From NCBI GenBank assembly GCA_963840855.1, contig CAWJBB010000058.1, positions 32,001 to 96,000 of the forward strand: 64,000 nt of DNA, given 5' to 3'. Shown here piece by piece: positions 49,844-61,331 of this stretch. The number at the start of each line of letters is the position of its first letter. Within the stretch, counting starts at the first letter, position 1. Origin of the DNA: an uncultured delta proteobacterium (GTDB lineage: Bacteria > Desulfobacterota > Binatia > UBA9968). A model generated the notes under the pieces. The model was given only the letters and a program-made list of their open reading frames with translations, made no database searches and was not told the origin of the DNA. A program made the translations under genes and the position numbers.

Positions 49844-50120
49844 GGGTAACCGGGCACTCGTTCCTCCTCCTACGACGAACGTGAATCACAAACACTCTGC
49901 ACAAATCTCCCGTCTATCCTTCCTTGACGCTTGGCGTCCAACTGGCGTAGAAGTTGGGGTCAGCCGCATTTCGGTCCATTTGCGCAGTCGGTAGAAAGCC
50001 GGATATCTAACCGTTGATCCGCCACAGGACGGATCAGCCACAACTTTCAAGGCTGACGCGCTGAGGGCGCAGAATAAAGAATTCTTGATTAAGAAATACT
50101 GCGAACTCTGTGAATTCTGT

Positions 50121-50250
50121 GGTCGTGAGAAAAAATCGCCACTCGCCCTTCGACGTGCTCAGGACGAACGGCTAAGTACTTGAATTACCCATTACGCCAT
50201 CCCGTTCGTGCTGAGGCTCTCGAAGCATGAACGGATTTTTTCTCACGGCC
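50121..50250. mobile_element. MITE-like element nested in another REP
   Basis: IRs ggtcgtgagaaaaaatc / gattttttctcacggcc enclosing cccttcgacgtgctcaggacgaacgg..ccgttcgtgctgag; tgt on both flanks. Confidence 0.6.
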
Positions 50251-50306
50251 TGTGCCTCTGAGGTGAATAATCTTTCACATTAAACCTGAAAGAACCTTTA
50301 GCTCAT

Positions 50307-53300
50307 ATGGCAACAACCCCAAAAAAAGTCGCGAAGAAATCAAAACCAAAGCCGCGCGCCGCGTCCTCGGCGGATGCTGTCTCGAAGCTGAAGAAGACCA
50401 TCGCCGCGCAGGCGCAAGAAATTCGCGAGGGCGCCGAGCAGCAAACCGCGACCAGCGACATCCTGCGCATGATCGCCCGCTCGCCGGCAGACCTTCAGAC
50501 GGTGCTCGATGCGATTGCCGAGCGAGCGGCGAAGCTGTGCGACGCGGCCGACGCTCTGGTGTGGCGGGTCGATGGCACTGTTCGACGCCTCGCGGCTCAC
50601 TTTGGATCCGTTCCAACTGCAGTGAGCGTGGGTGCTGAAGAACATAACTCGGGTCGGACCGGAACCGTTGGCCGAGCTATGTTGGATCGCCAGACCATTC
50701 ACGTACATGATCTTCTCGCTGCTGAGGCAGATTTCCCAGCTGCCAGGACCCGAGGAATAGCACTTGGCGTTCGGACCACGCTCGTCACGCCCTTAATGCG
50801 CGACGGAATTGCCATCGGCGCTGTTCACATTCGCCGCCTGCAAGTCCGGCCATTCACAGAAGGGCAAATCAAGCTGCTCGAAACCTTCGCCGACCAAGCG
50901 GTGATCGCGATCGAGAACGTTCGACTGTTCAAGGAATTGCAGGAACGCAACCGCGACCTCACCGAAACACTGGAGCAACAGACGGCGACGAGTGAAATTC
51001 TTAGCGTGATCGCCAGCTCGCCCACGGATATCCAACCGGTCCTAGACACTGTGGCAGCAAATGCCGCCCGACTATGCGAGGCAACCGATGCACAGATTCG
51101 CCTCGTGGAGGGTGATGGAATCCGATTAGTGGCATCTTACGGAACTCTGCCAGCTCCGGAGTTTAGGTCTACGAGCCTACGAGGTCCCAGTAGCCGAGCG
51201 CTTCGTGACCGAGAGACCATACATGTTCACGATCTTTTGGAAGCAGCGAAAACCGAATATCCCGAGAGTGAGGGCGCGCGCTTTGGAGTCCGGACTATTC
51301 TTTGTACGCCAATGCTAAGAGAGGGCGCTCCTATTGGTGTGATCACTATCAGGCGAACGGAAGTTCGTCCATTCTCACACAGACAAATCAAGCTGCTGGA
51401 AACCTTCGCCTCCCAGGCCGTCATCGCGATCGAGAACGTGCGCTTGTTCAAGGCACTTGAGGTGCGCAACTCAGAATTACGCGAGGCCCTGGAACATCAG
51501 ACCGCAACGGCCGAGGTGCTCGGCATCATCAGCCGCTCGCCCACGGACGTGCAGCCAGTCCTCGATGCCATCGTCGAGAGCGCCGCTCGGGTTTGTGGAA
51601 TTGATGACGTGGTGCTGCGACTCCACGAAGGGAACAATACCGTTCCGCGGGCTCATTTTGGTCCCATGGCCATTAACCGAATCGAGATCAGTATTGACGA
51701 GCCACGGTTTCGCTGGCTGCGCGAACATGGCACGCTCCACGTTCCCGACGTCCGCGAGCGGAACGAACTCCAACTCGGGCTTGTCGGAGGCTGGCGTACC
51801 CTCTTGTCCGTTCCACTTCGTCAGCAAAGGGAACTCATCGGATCGCTGAACGCGCGGCGCATCGAGGTGCGCCCCTTTACCCCCGTGCAGATCAAGCTAC
51901 TCGAAACCTTCGCAGACCAGGCGGTGATCGCCATCGAAAACGTGCGGCTGTTCCAAGAGCTTACTGAGTCACTGGAGCAGCAGACTGCGACGAGTGAAAT
52001 CTTGGGCGTCATTGCTAGCTCGCCGACGGATATTCAGCCGGTGCTCGATGTTGTTGCCGAAAACGCGGCGCGGCTTTGTGACGCAACTGATGCTCAGATC
52101 ATTCGTGTCGAGGGTGATTTCACTCGGACTGTGGCCTCCTATGGAACACAACCCGGACACGGGCGTGAGGATAAACGCCCAATCACCCGCGGCAGGGTAG
52201 CCAGCCGGGCCATCACTGACCGGCAGACGATTCATATTCACGATCTCGCCGCGGAGAGCGACAGCGAGTTTGCGGAAAGCAAGATCTTACAAAAGCGTTT
52301 CGGGACTCGGACTATTCTTGCCACGCCTTTGCAGCGTGAGGGCGTACCCATCGGCGCGATCGCCATTCGGCGAACCGACGTCCGTCCGTTTACGGATAAG
52401 CAGATTAAACTGCTTGAGACTTTCGCCGATCAAGCTGTAATCGCCATCGAGAACGTCCGCTTGTTTAAAGAACTCGGCGAGCGCAACGCGGAATTGCGGG
52501 AAGCCTTGGAGCATCAGACGGCAACCGCCGAGGTGCTCGGCATCATCAGCCGCTCGCCCACCGACGTGCAGCCGGTCCTCGACGCCATCGTCGAGGGCGC
52601 AGCCCGGGTTTGTGGGATTGATGACGTAATAATGCGACTCCAAGAGGGGACCACTAATGTTGCGCGGGCTCATTTCGGTTCCATACCCATCCGCAGCGTC
52701 GAGATCACTATTGATGAACCACGGTTTCGTTGGATGCGCGAGCATGGCGCGCTCCATGTTCCCGACGTCCTCGAGCAAAACGATTTCCCAACGTTAGGCT
52801 CCGCCGGCATCTTTCGCACCTACTTGGCCGCTCCCCTTCGTCAGCACGGGGAAGTCGTTGGAACGCTGAGCGCGCGTCGCACCGAGGTGCGCCCCTTTAC
52901 TCCAGCACAGATCAAGCTCCTTGAGACCTTCGCCGATCAGGCGGTGATCGCCATCGAGAACGTGCGGCTATTCAACGAGCTAAAAGAGTCATTGGAGCAG
53001 CAAACCGCGACGAGTGAAATATTGGGCGTTATCGCCAGCTCGCCGACGGACCTACAACCGGTGCTGGATGTGGTCGCAGAAACCGCAGCGCGTCTATGTA
53101 ACTCCCATGATGCTCAGATCTATCGCCTTGAGGGCGACATCGTGCGCAAAGTGGCGAGCCACGGAGTCGTCTCTACAGCCCTTGAGCTTGGGGAGATCCG
53201 ACCGATCAGTCGTGGTTCCGCGAGCGGCCGCGCCATTCTCGACCGGCAGACAATCCACATTCATGACATGCTGACCGAGCGCGAAGAGGACTACCCGGAC

Positions 53301-55814
53301 GTCTGGCATGCCGTCCAGCGCGACGGTATTCGGACGGTACTGTTCGTCCCACTTCTGCGCGAAGGTGTTCCCATCGGGGCGATTGGCATTCGCCGACTTG
53401 AGGTCCGTCCGTTTTCTGAGAAGCAGATCGCACTCCTTAAAACCTTTGCCGATCAGGCGGTAATCGCCATCGAGAACGTGCGGTTGTTCAACGAACTCGA
53501 AGCTCGGAATCGCCAACTCACCGAAGCCCTAGAGCAGCAAACCGCCACGAGTGAAATCCTTGGTGTAATTGCCAGCTCACCGACGGATATTCAGCCGGTG
53601 CTGGATGCGGTAGCTGAAAGTGCCGCACGACTGTGCGACTGCGTTGATGCCCAGATTTATCGCGTCGAAGGTAACATCCAGCGCAAGGTGGCGAGCCACG
53701 GGATCGTTTCCCCCGTGCTTGCGGTTGGCGAGAGCCGCCCGATCAGCCGTGGGTCCGTAAGTGGTCGTGCCATCGTCGACCGGCGGCCAGTGCATATTCA
53801 TGACATGCTAGCCGAGAACGAGGAGGACTACCCGGATACTTGGCGCGCTGTCGAGCGGCTAGGACTTCGGACGGTGCTGGCCGTCCCGCTTATGCGTGAA
53901 GATATTCCCGTCGGATCCATCACGATCCGTCGCCCGGAGGTTAGGCCCTTCACAGATAAACAAATTGCTCTTCTGAAGACCTTCGCTGACCAGGCAGTGA
54001 TCGCCATCGAGAACGTGCGATTGTTCCAAGAGCTTACCGAAGCGTTGGAGCGCCAGACTGCGACGAGTGAAATTTTGGGCGTGATTGCCAGCTCGCCGAC
54101 TGATGTGCAACCAGTGTTGAACGTGGTGGCTGAGAATGCCGCGCGACTGTGTGATGCAAATAATGCTGTGATCATGCGCGTGTTTGGCGACCGCTTCCAA
54201 ATGGCGGCGTACTGGGGTGATGTGCCAGAATCCAGCAGATCGAATCCAATCAGTTATCCGACTAGTCGTGGCATCCCGATTGGGAGAGCCATTTTGGACC
54301 GGCAGATAATCCATATCGATGATCTCTTGGCTAAAATCGATACTGAATATCCTGACGCTAGAGAGTCACAGAATATTAATTCGACTCGAACAGTCCTTGC
54401 AGCCCCTTTACTGCGTGAGGGAGTTCCGATTGGCGCTATTTTAGTCCGTCGGCGAGAGGTTCGTCCCTTCAGTGATAAGCAGATCGCCCTTCTAAAGACC
54501 TTTGCCGACCAGGCAGTGATTGCCATTGAGAACGTGCGCCTGTTTCAAGAGTTGCAGATGCGCACGGGGGAACTGGCCCGGTCAGTGGAAGAGTTGAAGG
54601 CGTTGGGAGAGGTCGGCCAAGCAGTTAGCTCTACGCTGGAGCTGGAAACAGTGTTGGCGCGCATTGCCTCACACGCTGTCCAACTTAGTGGAGCCGATGG
54701 GGGCGCAATCTACGAATACGAAGAAAGCACGGAGGAATTCCATCTTAGGGGCAGTCACCAGATTGAGAAGGAGTTGGTTGAGGCGCTGCGCTCCAGCCCG
54801 ATCCAACTAGGTTGGGGCGCGGTTGGGCAAGCGGCGACAACACGAGCGCCAGTCGAAGTCGCAGATATACTTGACGAGCGGCAGTATGCTGCCACACGAT
54901 TTCGGCCCATGCTACGACAACTTGGGTATCGGTCGTTGCTCGCGGTGCCGCTTCTGCGTGAAAATCGAATTATGGGAGGGCTGACTATCTATCGTCGCAG
55001 GACGGGAAGTTTTTCAACTGAAGTTGTAAACCTTCTGCAGACCTTTGCCACACAATCAGTCTTGGCGATCCAAAACGCGCGGCTGTTCCGTGAGATCGAA
55101 GACAAGAGCCGACAGATCGAGGCCGCCAACCGCCACAAGTCAGAATTCCTAGCCAACATGTCCCACGAGCTGCGCACGCCGCTAAATGCCATCATCGGCT
55201 TCTCTGAGGTATTGGGCGAGAGAATGTTCGGCGATCTCAACGAGAAACAAGCCGAATACACCGAGGATATCCTTTCCTCCGGGCGCCATCTTTTATCCCT
55301 CATTAATGAGATTCTCGATCTCTCCAAGGTCGAAGCCGGCCGCATGGAGCTTGAGCTGGCTGCGTTCGATCTCCCCTTGGCCATAGACAACGCACGAACC
55401 TTTGTGCGCGAGCGCGCCACCCGGCATGGCATCACATTGGACGTCACTGTTGACGAGCGCCTTGGAGAGTTTGTCGGTGATGAGCGGAAGATCAAGCAGA
55501 TACTTCTCAATCTGCTATCCAACGCGGTGAAGTTCACGCCGGAGGGCGGTCGGATCGGAATTAAGGCCAGGCAGGCTGACGGTGCCGTAGAGATTTCCGT
55601 AAGTGACACCGGTGTCGGCATTGCCCCAGAGGATCAGGCAAGGATCTTCGAGGAATTTCGCCAGGTGGGGGCCGACTACGCGCACAAGAGCGAGGGGACG
55701 GGGCTTGGGTTGACGCTGGCCAAGAAATTTGTCGAGCTGCATGGCGGGAGGATCTGGGTGGAGAGTGAAGTGGGCAAAGGCAGTAAGTTCACGTTCACGC
55801 TGCCGGTGCACTAA
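50307..55814 (+). CDS. Cytoplasmic sensor histidine kinase with 9 GAF domains
   Basis: 8x [11 protein letters not shown] plus 1x [11 protein letters not shown]; kinase core nearly identical to 44509. Confidence 0.95.
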   Translation: MATTPKKVAKKSKPKPRAASSADAVSKLKKTIAAQAQEIREGAEQQTATSDILRMIARSPADLQTVLDAIAERAAKLCDAADALVWRVDGTVRRLAAHFGSVPTAVSVGAEEHNSGRTGTVGRAMLDRQTIHVHDLLAAEADFPAARTRGIALGVRTTLVTPLMRDGIAIGAVHIRRLQVRPFTEGQIKLLETFADQAVIAIENVRLFKELQERNRDLTETLEQQTATSEILSVIASSPTDIQPVLDTVAANAARLCEATDAQIRLVEGDGIRLVASYGTLPAPEFRSTSLRGPSSRALRDRETIHVHDLLEAAKTEYPESEGARFGVRTILCTPMLREGAPIGVITIRRTEVRPFSHRQIKLLETFASQAVIAIENVRLFKALEVRNSELREALEHQTATAEVLGIISRSPTDVQPVLDAIVESAARVCGIDDVVLRLHEGNNTVPRAHFGPMAINRIEISIDEPRFRWLREHGTLHVPDVRERNELQLGLVGGWRTLLSVPLRQQRELIGSLNARRIEVRPFTPVQIKLLETFADQAVIAIENVRLFQELTESLEQQTATSEILGVIASSPTDIQPVLDVVAENAARLCDATDAQIIRVEGDFTRTVASYGTQPGHGREDKRPITRGRVASRAITDRQTIHIHDLAAESDSEFAESKILQKRFGTRTILATPLQREGVPIGAIAIRRTDVRPFTDKQIKLLETFADQAVIAIENVRLFKELGERNAELREALEHQTATAEVLGIISRSPTDVQPVLDAIVEGAARVCGIDDVIMRLQEGTTNVARAHFGSIPIRSVEITIDEPRFRWMREHGALHVPDVLEQNDFPTLGSAGIFRTYLAAPLRQHGEVVGTLSARRTEVRPFTPAQIKLLETFADQAVIAIENVRLFNELKESLEQQTATSEILGVIASSPTDLQPVLDVVAETAARLCNSHDAQIYRLEGDIVRKVASHGVVSTALELGEIRPISRGSASGRAILDRQTIHIHDMLTEREEDYPDVWHAVQRDGIRTVLFVPLLREGVPIGAIGIRRLEVRPFSEKQIALLKTFADQAVIAIENVRLFNELEARNRQLTEALEQQTATSEILGVIASSPTDIQPVLDAVAESAARLCDCVDAQIYRVEGNIQRKVASHGIVSPVLAVGESRPISRGSVSGRAIVDRRPVHIHDMLAENEEDYPDTWRAVERLGLRTVLAVPLMREDIPVGSITIRRPEVRPFTDKQIALLKTFADQAVIAIENVRLFQELTEALERQTATSEILGVIASSPTDVQPVLNVVAENAARLCDANNAVIMRVFGDRFQMAAYWGDVPESSRSNPISYPTSRGIPIGRAILDRQIIHIDDLLAKIDTEYPDARESQNINSTRTVLAAPLLREGVPIGAILVRRREVRPFSDKQIALLKTFADQAVIAIENVRLFQELQMRTGELARSVEELKALGEVGQAVSSTLELETVLARIASHAVQLSGADGGAIYEYEESTEEFHLRGSHQIEKELVEALRSSPIQLGWGAVGQAATTRAPVEVADILDERQYAATRFRPMLRQLGYRSLLAVPLLRENRIMGGLTIYRRRTGSFSTEVVNLLQTFATQSVLAIQNARLFREIEDKSRQIEAANRHKSEFLANMSHELRTPLNAIIGFSEVLGERMFGDLNEKQAEYTEDILSSGRHLLSLINEILDLSKVEAGRMELELAAFDLPLAIDNARTFVRERATRHGITLDVTVDERLGEFVGDERKIKQILLNLLSNAVKFTPEGGRIGIKARQADGAVEISVSDTGVGIAPEDQARIFEEFRQVGADYAHKSEGTGLGLTLAKKFVELHGGRIWVESEVGKGSKFTFTLPVH

Positions 55815-55819
55815 GAATA

Positions 55820-56356
55820 TTCTCGCGCAAAGGCGCAAAGACGCCAAGGTAGGACATCAAATAAGAGATGGAAAGGGCGCGGCCTTTGCGTGCTTGGCGG
55901 CTTGGCGGGATAAATCCGATTCCGGAGAAGAGTATCCTCGCGCAAAGGCTCAAAGGACGCCAAGTTCGGAGAATTAGTTAATGGGTTTTCTTCGTCGACT
56001 TTTCTTAAACTTCGCGGCTTGGCGTTTTGGCGGGAGATAAATCCGATTCCGGAGAAGAGTATCCTCGCGCAAAGCATCTCCTGAGCTACGTCGAAGGGGC
56101 GCAAAGACGCCAAGGTGGCGGGCTAAGGCCCGTCATCCCGAGCAAATGCGAGGGATCTAAGAAGGATTTCTCCCGTCGGTCGAAATGACAACAAATCCAA
56201 ACTTCGCGGCTTGGCGCGAGACTCGTGGTTCGTGTTCGTGGTACGTGTCCCGTCGAGCACGAGCACGGGAAACGAGCACGATTTTCGCGCAAAGACGTGG
56301 TTCGATAGACTCGCCACCCCGAGCAAGGTTGTAGGGCCAAGCACGCCAAGTTCGGA
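55820..56356. repeat. Dense mosaic of at least four REP families
   Basis: Several cgcgcaaag..cgccaag units, duplicated gataaatccgattccggagaagagtatcctcgcgcaaag, gtcatcccgagc..gaaatgac, cctgagctacgtcgaagg. Confidence 0.75.
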
Positions 56357-56367
56357 GAAAGACGGTA

Positions 56368-57355
56368 ATGCAATTTACGAGAGTCATAGGTTTGCTGGTA
56401 TTTCTCTCGGCGTCCTGGTTCGCGCCACTAGTTTCTGAAGCCGCGACGCCTGCGCCCAGGGCACCGATTCGTTTGCGCATCAGCTACAGCTCGCCCATCG
56501 GTGTCATGGCGCCGCTGTGGATGGCCGCGGAGTCCGGCGCCTTCAAACGCGAAGCCCTGGATGTCGAGATGGTGCTCGTCGAGGGGCGTGCCGCCATCGC
56601 CGCGCTGATTGCCAAAGAAGTCGACTCCGTGCAAATTTCGATGCCAGCGATCGTGCCCGCCGCCATTGCCGGCGGCGACATTACAATGATCGCCGGCTTG
56701 CTTACCAAAATGATTTTTTCGTTGCACGCCCAGAAGGAAATCAAAAATGCCGAGCAACTGCGCGGCAAAGTCTTCGGCTCTGACAGAGTGGGCACGCCAT
56801 CGGATTATGGCGGGCGAATGGCGCTGTCGCTACTCGGCCTGAAGCCCGAAGCCGATTTCGCTTCCGTGCTGCGCATCGGCGGCACGAATTTCTTGTGGCC
56901 GTCCCTTCTGGCCGGACAAATCGCGGCGGCGCCGCTCACGCCGCCGCAAAGCTTCACCGCCGACGCTTTGGGTTTCACACGTTTGGTGAATACCTATCAT
57001 TTGCCGTACCAAAATATTGGCATCGTCGTGCGCAAATCCGAAGTCGAGGCCAAGGCCGAAGGCTGGCTCCGCTTGCTGCGCGCCATGCGCGAAGGCATCA
57101 AACGCTGGCACGACGATCCGAAATTGGCGCGCGACGTGCTGACGAAGTATACGAAAGAAAAGGATCCTGACAAGCTGCAAAAGACTTACGAATTTTTCTC
57201 CAAGCAAGCGGGCTTCAGCGACGACTTGCAGATCACCGACCAGGGCACCCAGCAGATTCTGAGACTTTCTCGGCTCCACGGTGCTGCCAGCCACGAAAGG
57301 AACGTCGCCGAAACAGTTCTACGACACGCGGATTCTGGAAAAGCTGGGCAAGTGA
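56368..57355 (+). pseudogene. NMT1/SsuA-like substrate-binding protein with a 1-base insertion at ~57262
   Basis: Removing one A gives QILDFLGSTVLP...KQFYDTRILEKLGK*; the 446-aa ORF tail is off-frame. Confidence 0.75.
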
Positions 57356-57780
57356 ATAATCTCGGCAGGGTCAAATATAAATCGGTTCAACCGCCGACAG
57401 GAACACCTTGCCTCCGCATACGATGTTCGAGAGTAGCGCGGGATGCCGCTGCTGTTTACGCGCTGTATCCATTGGTTGACGCCCCTGCCTCGGCAATGCT
57501 CAGGGATATCCGTGGCTGGCGCCCACCGACGAGAAAATGTTGTCTGATTTTTCAACTACTTGGGAGGCACCGCAAGCGAGAATCGGGTAAATGCAATGCA
57601 GCGCAGTTATTGAATACAAGACGGTCTGTCATTTGCTCTAGGGTATTATTATTAACACGGGAAGCCGATGTACGGCTCCCGCGCAATTCTCGAACGTCCG
57701 CGGGCTAATAAGATTCGGCAACCACGGCTGCCGGATTTGATTATGGAAGAAAACCCGCGGCCGGGCATAGACCCGAGGCG

Positions 57781-60600
57781 GTGCGGCCGACTATGACTCG
57801 GTTATTGATCCTCATAACCCTTTTGTGCGTGCTAAATGCGCTGCCGCCGGTTGCTGCGATCTGGAAGACGTCAAACAATGCGCTGGCTGACACTGCGTCG
57901 GATCGCCCACCTTCAAAACAGCAATTGCAAACCCCGCAGAGGCTGCTAAGACCGGACATCCCCCAACAACGACTGCAGCAGAGGGTGCCGGCAGTACCAG
58001 ATACTCAAACTGATTCTCCCCTGAGACAGCAATTGCAACCCCCGCAGAGGCTGCTGAGACCGGACGTGATCCCACAAAGAGGCCAGCAGACAGAATCGGC
58101 AGCACCGAAAGCCGAAATCAATCCTCCGCGCCAAGTGGTAACCCAGGGTCAGCCGGCCATATTCGACAGCAAGGCGACTGCCGATCCGGATATGCCAATT
58201 ACCGTTCATCAATGGAGCGGTCCGAACGGCCAAACCTCGAATAGACAGCGCTTCGTCGTCGATACCACAAATCTCAAACCATCCACTTATCCGGTAACTC
58301 TCATCGTCCGCGATCGGCAGCAGCGGCAAGGCCTGGATCGCGCCATGTTAGTCGTGGAAGCAAAGCCGCGGGACGACGTTGGTACGGATACCCGGCCCCC
58401 GGTGGCGAGAATCAGTCCCGATCGCACTCGGGTGAATCAGGGGACGCCCGTGAGATTTTTCAGCACCTCGTATCACCCCGATAGCAAAAGAAAAATCATC
58501 CGCACCCTATGGCAAACTTCATGGGGTCAAAAAGTCTCGGGAGATTACATCGATATCGACACCCACGGACTCAATCCCGGCGAATACAGCGTTGTTCTCA
58601 ACGTCGTCGATGATGGCCGAGCTTCTAATTCCGCTAAGGCAATCCTGGTAATCGAAGCGGCAAAAGCGCTCATGCCCCCCGTAGCGATAATCACTCCCGA
58701 TCATAGGAGTGTGGATCAAGGTGGGCGTGTGAATTTTGCCGACGCCTCCTATCACCCGAATAGGGAGACGAAAATCGTGAGCCGGCGCTGGAACACTCAA
58801 TGGGGACAAACACATGGGAACAATACCCTGAGCGTCGATACCGCGCCACTTCCGCCTGGAACTTACTGGATAACCCTCGAAGTCGTTGATCAACATAAAA
58901 AAACCGATCGCGCTAGAGCCGCTCTCGAGATCTTGCGGGCTGCGCAGCCGCAGCAGCCGCCCATAGCCCGAATCACGCCCAGGCGAATCGAAGTTCAACA
59001 GCGCGAACCGGCGCGTTTCGATGGCAGCCAATCAACCGATGCCGACGGTAAAATTCGCGCCTGGACCTGGAGCCTCAACGGCAAACCCATCGATCAAAAG
59101 CCATCGGCTCAAATCGACACGCGCGAACTCAGCCCCGGCGAATATAGAATTCGTCTGGAAGTTAAGGACGATCAAGGTCTCACCGCGCGCGATGAGGCGC
59201 TGCTCATCGTCGTCGAACCGCCGCGGGATGTCGATGCCGCGGTTGTCCAGCTCGATGTGTCGCCAGAGCCGGTAGCGCCGAACCGGGAAGTCCAGATTCG
59301 AGCCATGGTGGCCAACCGGGGAAAAGATGCGTTGCGCAATCTGCCGGTCAGGTTTGAGACCGGCGCAACACGAATTGCGGAGAAAATACTTGCTTCACTT
59401 GCTGGCGGAGAGACGCAGGAAGTTACCGCCGTCTGGATTCCCAAATCCAGCGGCACACAGTCCATCGTTGCCACCGTTAATCCCGACAATCAGCCGCCCG
59501 AATCCAACAGGGTAAACAATGTCCGCCGCCGCGCCATTGTGGTTCTCACGGCGCCGGTCATCAAAATCGCGCCAAGTCCTCTGGAAGTACGCCAAGGCGA
59601 CACGGCGAAATTTACTGGACAGGCCACCTTTCCCGGGCAACAAGGCGGCCGAGAGGTGAAATATTTCTGGCGCGGTCCGGGCAATCGCGCCGGGCAAGGC
59701 GCGGAATTTCAGCTCGACACCATTGAACTAGCGCCGGGGGATTACAAAATCGTTCTCGAAATTTCAGACGGCAGCGGATTCAAAGCCACTGCTGACACGA
59801 CATTGACGGTGCGCGGCGCGAAGGCCGAAGTATGGCTCGCCGCTGATAACCAGAGTCCTGCGACCGGCGCGGACGTCAGATTCACTGCCGGCACCCGGCC
59901 TGCGTTGAAACAAGTGCAGTACAAGTTCATTTTCGGCGACGATAAACAGACCGAGTGGAGCGCCGGCGCCGAAGCAGTCCATCGCTACGAGAAGTCGGGA
60001 GATTATACCGCACGATTGCTGGCGCGACGTAGCGGTGTGGATCTCGGTGAAAAATCTATCGGTATCAGCGTAAAAGACATCTATGCGGTCTCATTACGAA
60101 CTGAAACGGAATCCGTACGTGCCGGCGATCCCCTGGCATTTATCGCCAACGTCGAACCATCCGCCGATGACATCGAGTATCTCTTCCGGTTCGGCGATGG
60201 CCGGGATTCAGGTTGGACGCGCAGCCCTACGGTGTCTCATTCCTACTCGGGAGACGGCGCTTACACGGCAACCGTCGAGGCTCGGATTCGCGGCTCCCGA
60301 ACCATCCCCGGCCCTGTCATTCGCGTGAGTGTTTCAACGCCGGCCTCGCTTCCATGGTTTTGGCTTGGCGCCGGCCTGGCTGCTCTTGCGGCGGCAAGCG
60401 CGGCTTACATGCGAAAAACTCGGCCCATTAAAATCGCCGGTGGTTTTTCCATCGTGCCCGAATTGAACCTTGAACAGCTTCACGTAGGGGCCCAAGGCAA
60501 GTTGAATTCCGGCTGCGCCATCGGCTTGCGAGCGGTGCGCGGGCAAAGCCGGTTTGATATCGAAGCCTCGGAACCGCTCGTCAAGAGCCGAAACGGATGA
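57781..60600 (+). CDS. Secreted/membrane-anchored multi-PKD (Ig-like) and CARDB domain protein
   Basis: Signal peptide; repeated PPxAxIxP...F...W...PGxY units; FDGSQSTDADG; FGDG; CARDB-like ANRG..DNQPPESNRVNN; TM near the C-terminus. Confidence 0.8.
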   Translation: MRPTMTRLLILITLLCVLNALPPVAAIWKTSNNALADTASDRPPSKQQLQTPQRLLRPDIPQQRLQQRVPAVPDTQTDSPLRQQLQPPQRLLRPDVIPQRGQQTESAAPKAEINPPRQVVTQGQPAIFDSKATADPDMPITVHQWSGPNGQTSNRQRFVVDTTNLKPSTYPVTLIVRDRQQRQGLDRAMLVVEAKPRDDVGTDTRPPVARISPDRTRVNQGTPVRFFSTSYHPDSKRKIIRTLWQTSWGQKVSGDYIDIDTHGLNPGEYSVVLNVVDDGRASNSAKAILVIEAAKALMPPVAIITPDHRSVDQGGRVNFADASYHPNRETKIVSRRWNTQWGQTHGNNTLSVDTAPLPPGTYWITLEVVDQHKKTDRARAALEILRAAQPQQPPIARITPRRIEVQQREPARFDGSQSTDADGKIRAWTWSLNGKPIDQKPSAQIDTRELSPGEYRIRLEVKDDQGLTARDEALLIVVEPPRDVDAAVVQLDVSPEPVAPNREVQIRAMVANRGKDALRNLPVRFETGATRIAEKILASLAGGETQEVTAVWIPKSSGTQSIVATVNPDNQPPESNRVNNVRRRAIVVLTAPVIKIAPSPLEVRQGDTAKFTGQATFPGQQGGREVKYFWRGPGNRAGQGAEFQLDTIELAPGDYKIVLEISDGSGFKATADTTLTVRGAKAEVWLAADNQSPATGADVRFTAGTRPALKQVQYKFIFGDDKQTEWSAGAEAVHRYEKSGDYTARLLARRSGVDLGEKSIGISVKDIYAVSLRTETESVRAGDPLAFIANVEPSADDIEYLFRFGDGRDSGWTRSPTVSHSYSGDGAYTATVEARIRGSRTIPGPVIRVSVSTPASLPWFWLGAGLAALAAASAAYMRKTRPIKIAGGFSIVPELNLEQLHVGAQGKLNSGCAIGLRAVRGQSRFDIEASEPLVKSRNG

Positions 60601-60607
60601 GGTTGAT

Positions 60608-61195
60608 ATGTCAAGCAACACGCTCAACGATTTTTTCGGCATCTCGGTGAAAGGATTTTGGGACGATATTCTTGGCAAGCTCCAAAGCGGCGGCTCTTTG
60701 TCCGAACTCAAAGAAAGAGTGATCGGTCAGATGACGCCGGAGCACTGGCCCAACGTCGCTTCCGGACTCGGCGATAAGGTCAGTGAACTCTTCGACGTGG
60801 ACGTCGGCTTGCTGCTCGTGTCCGCCTGGTGCAAGTACGGCGAACTGAGAGAATACGCCGATTCGAAAAAGCACTCACCCAGTGAAAGCACACTGGTGCC
60901 CCTCGGTAAGCACACGTTGAAGGTCGTCTACTCGCCCTATCTCGAAATATTGTTCAACGGGCGGCCGCTGGGCAAAGTAGTCTTCGATGTTACACTGTCT
61001 TTAGATTTAGAAGGCTTTGTCCTGACGATTCAGAACGGAAAAATCATGAAAGTGCGCACCGGCACCTGCCAGGGCAGCGGCAAGATCGAGTATCACGATC
61101 GCACGCTCTTAAAAAAGGCTCTCACCAAGTTTTCATTGCCCGGCACCATCGAGCTAAAGGAAGGCATCAGCCTGGGACGCGGTGACGACGCGTGA
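60608..61195 (+). CDS. Hypothetical protein
   Basis: GAGG RBS, 7 bp after the PKD gene, coding-like composition. Confidence 0.7.
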   Translation: MSSNTLNDFFGISVKGFWDDILGKLQSGGSLSELKERVIGQMTPEHWPNVASGLGDKVSELFDVDVGLLLVSAWCKYGELREYADSKKHSPSESTLVPLGKHTLKVVYSPYLEILFNGRPLGKVVFDVTLSLDLEGFVLTIQNGKIMKVRTGTCQGSGKIEYHDRTLLKKALTKFSLPGTIELKEGISLGRGDDA

Positions 61196-61331
61196 AAACG
61201 CCGGGTCGGATCTGCGAGCGCCGAAACAATTCTATCACACGCGGATACTTGACAAGTTGAGCAAGTGATTCGGCGCTGCGGCCTGATTGCCCGCATGGCC
61301 GATTGACAACTCCAGAGGTCGCCCGCCGGAC

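Noticed and set aside
44509-55814. Diversity-generating retroelement behind GAF variation
   Set aside because: No reverse transcriptase in the window, and differences between repeats are not adenine-specific.
57356-57708. Long C-terminal extension of the substrate-binding protein
   Set aside because: Off-frame product of the 1-base insertion at ~57262.
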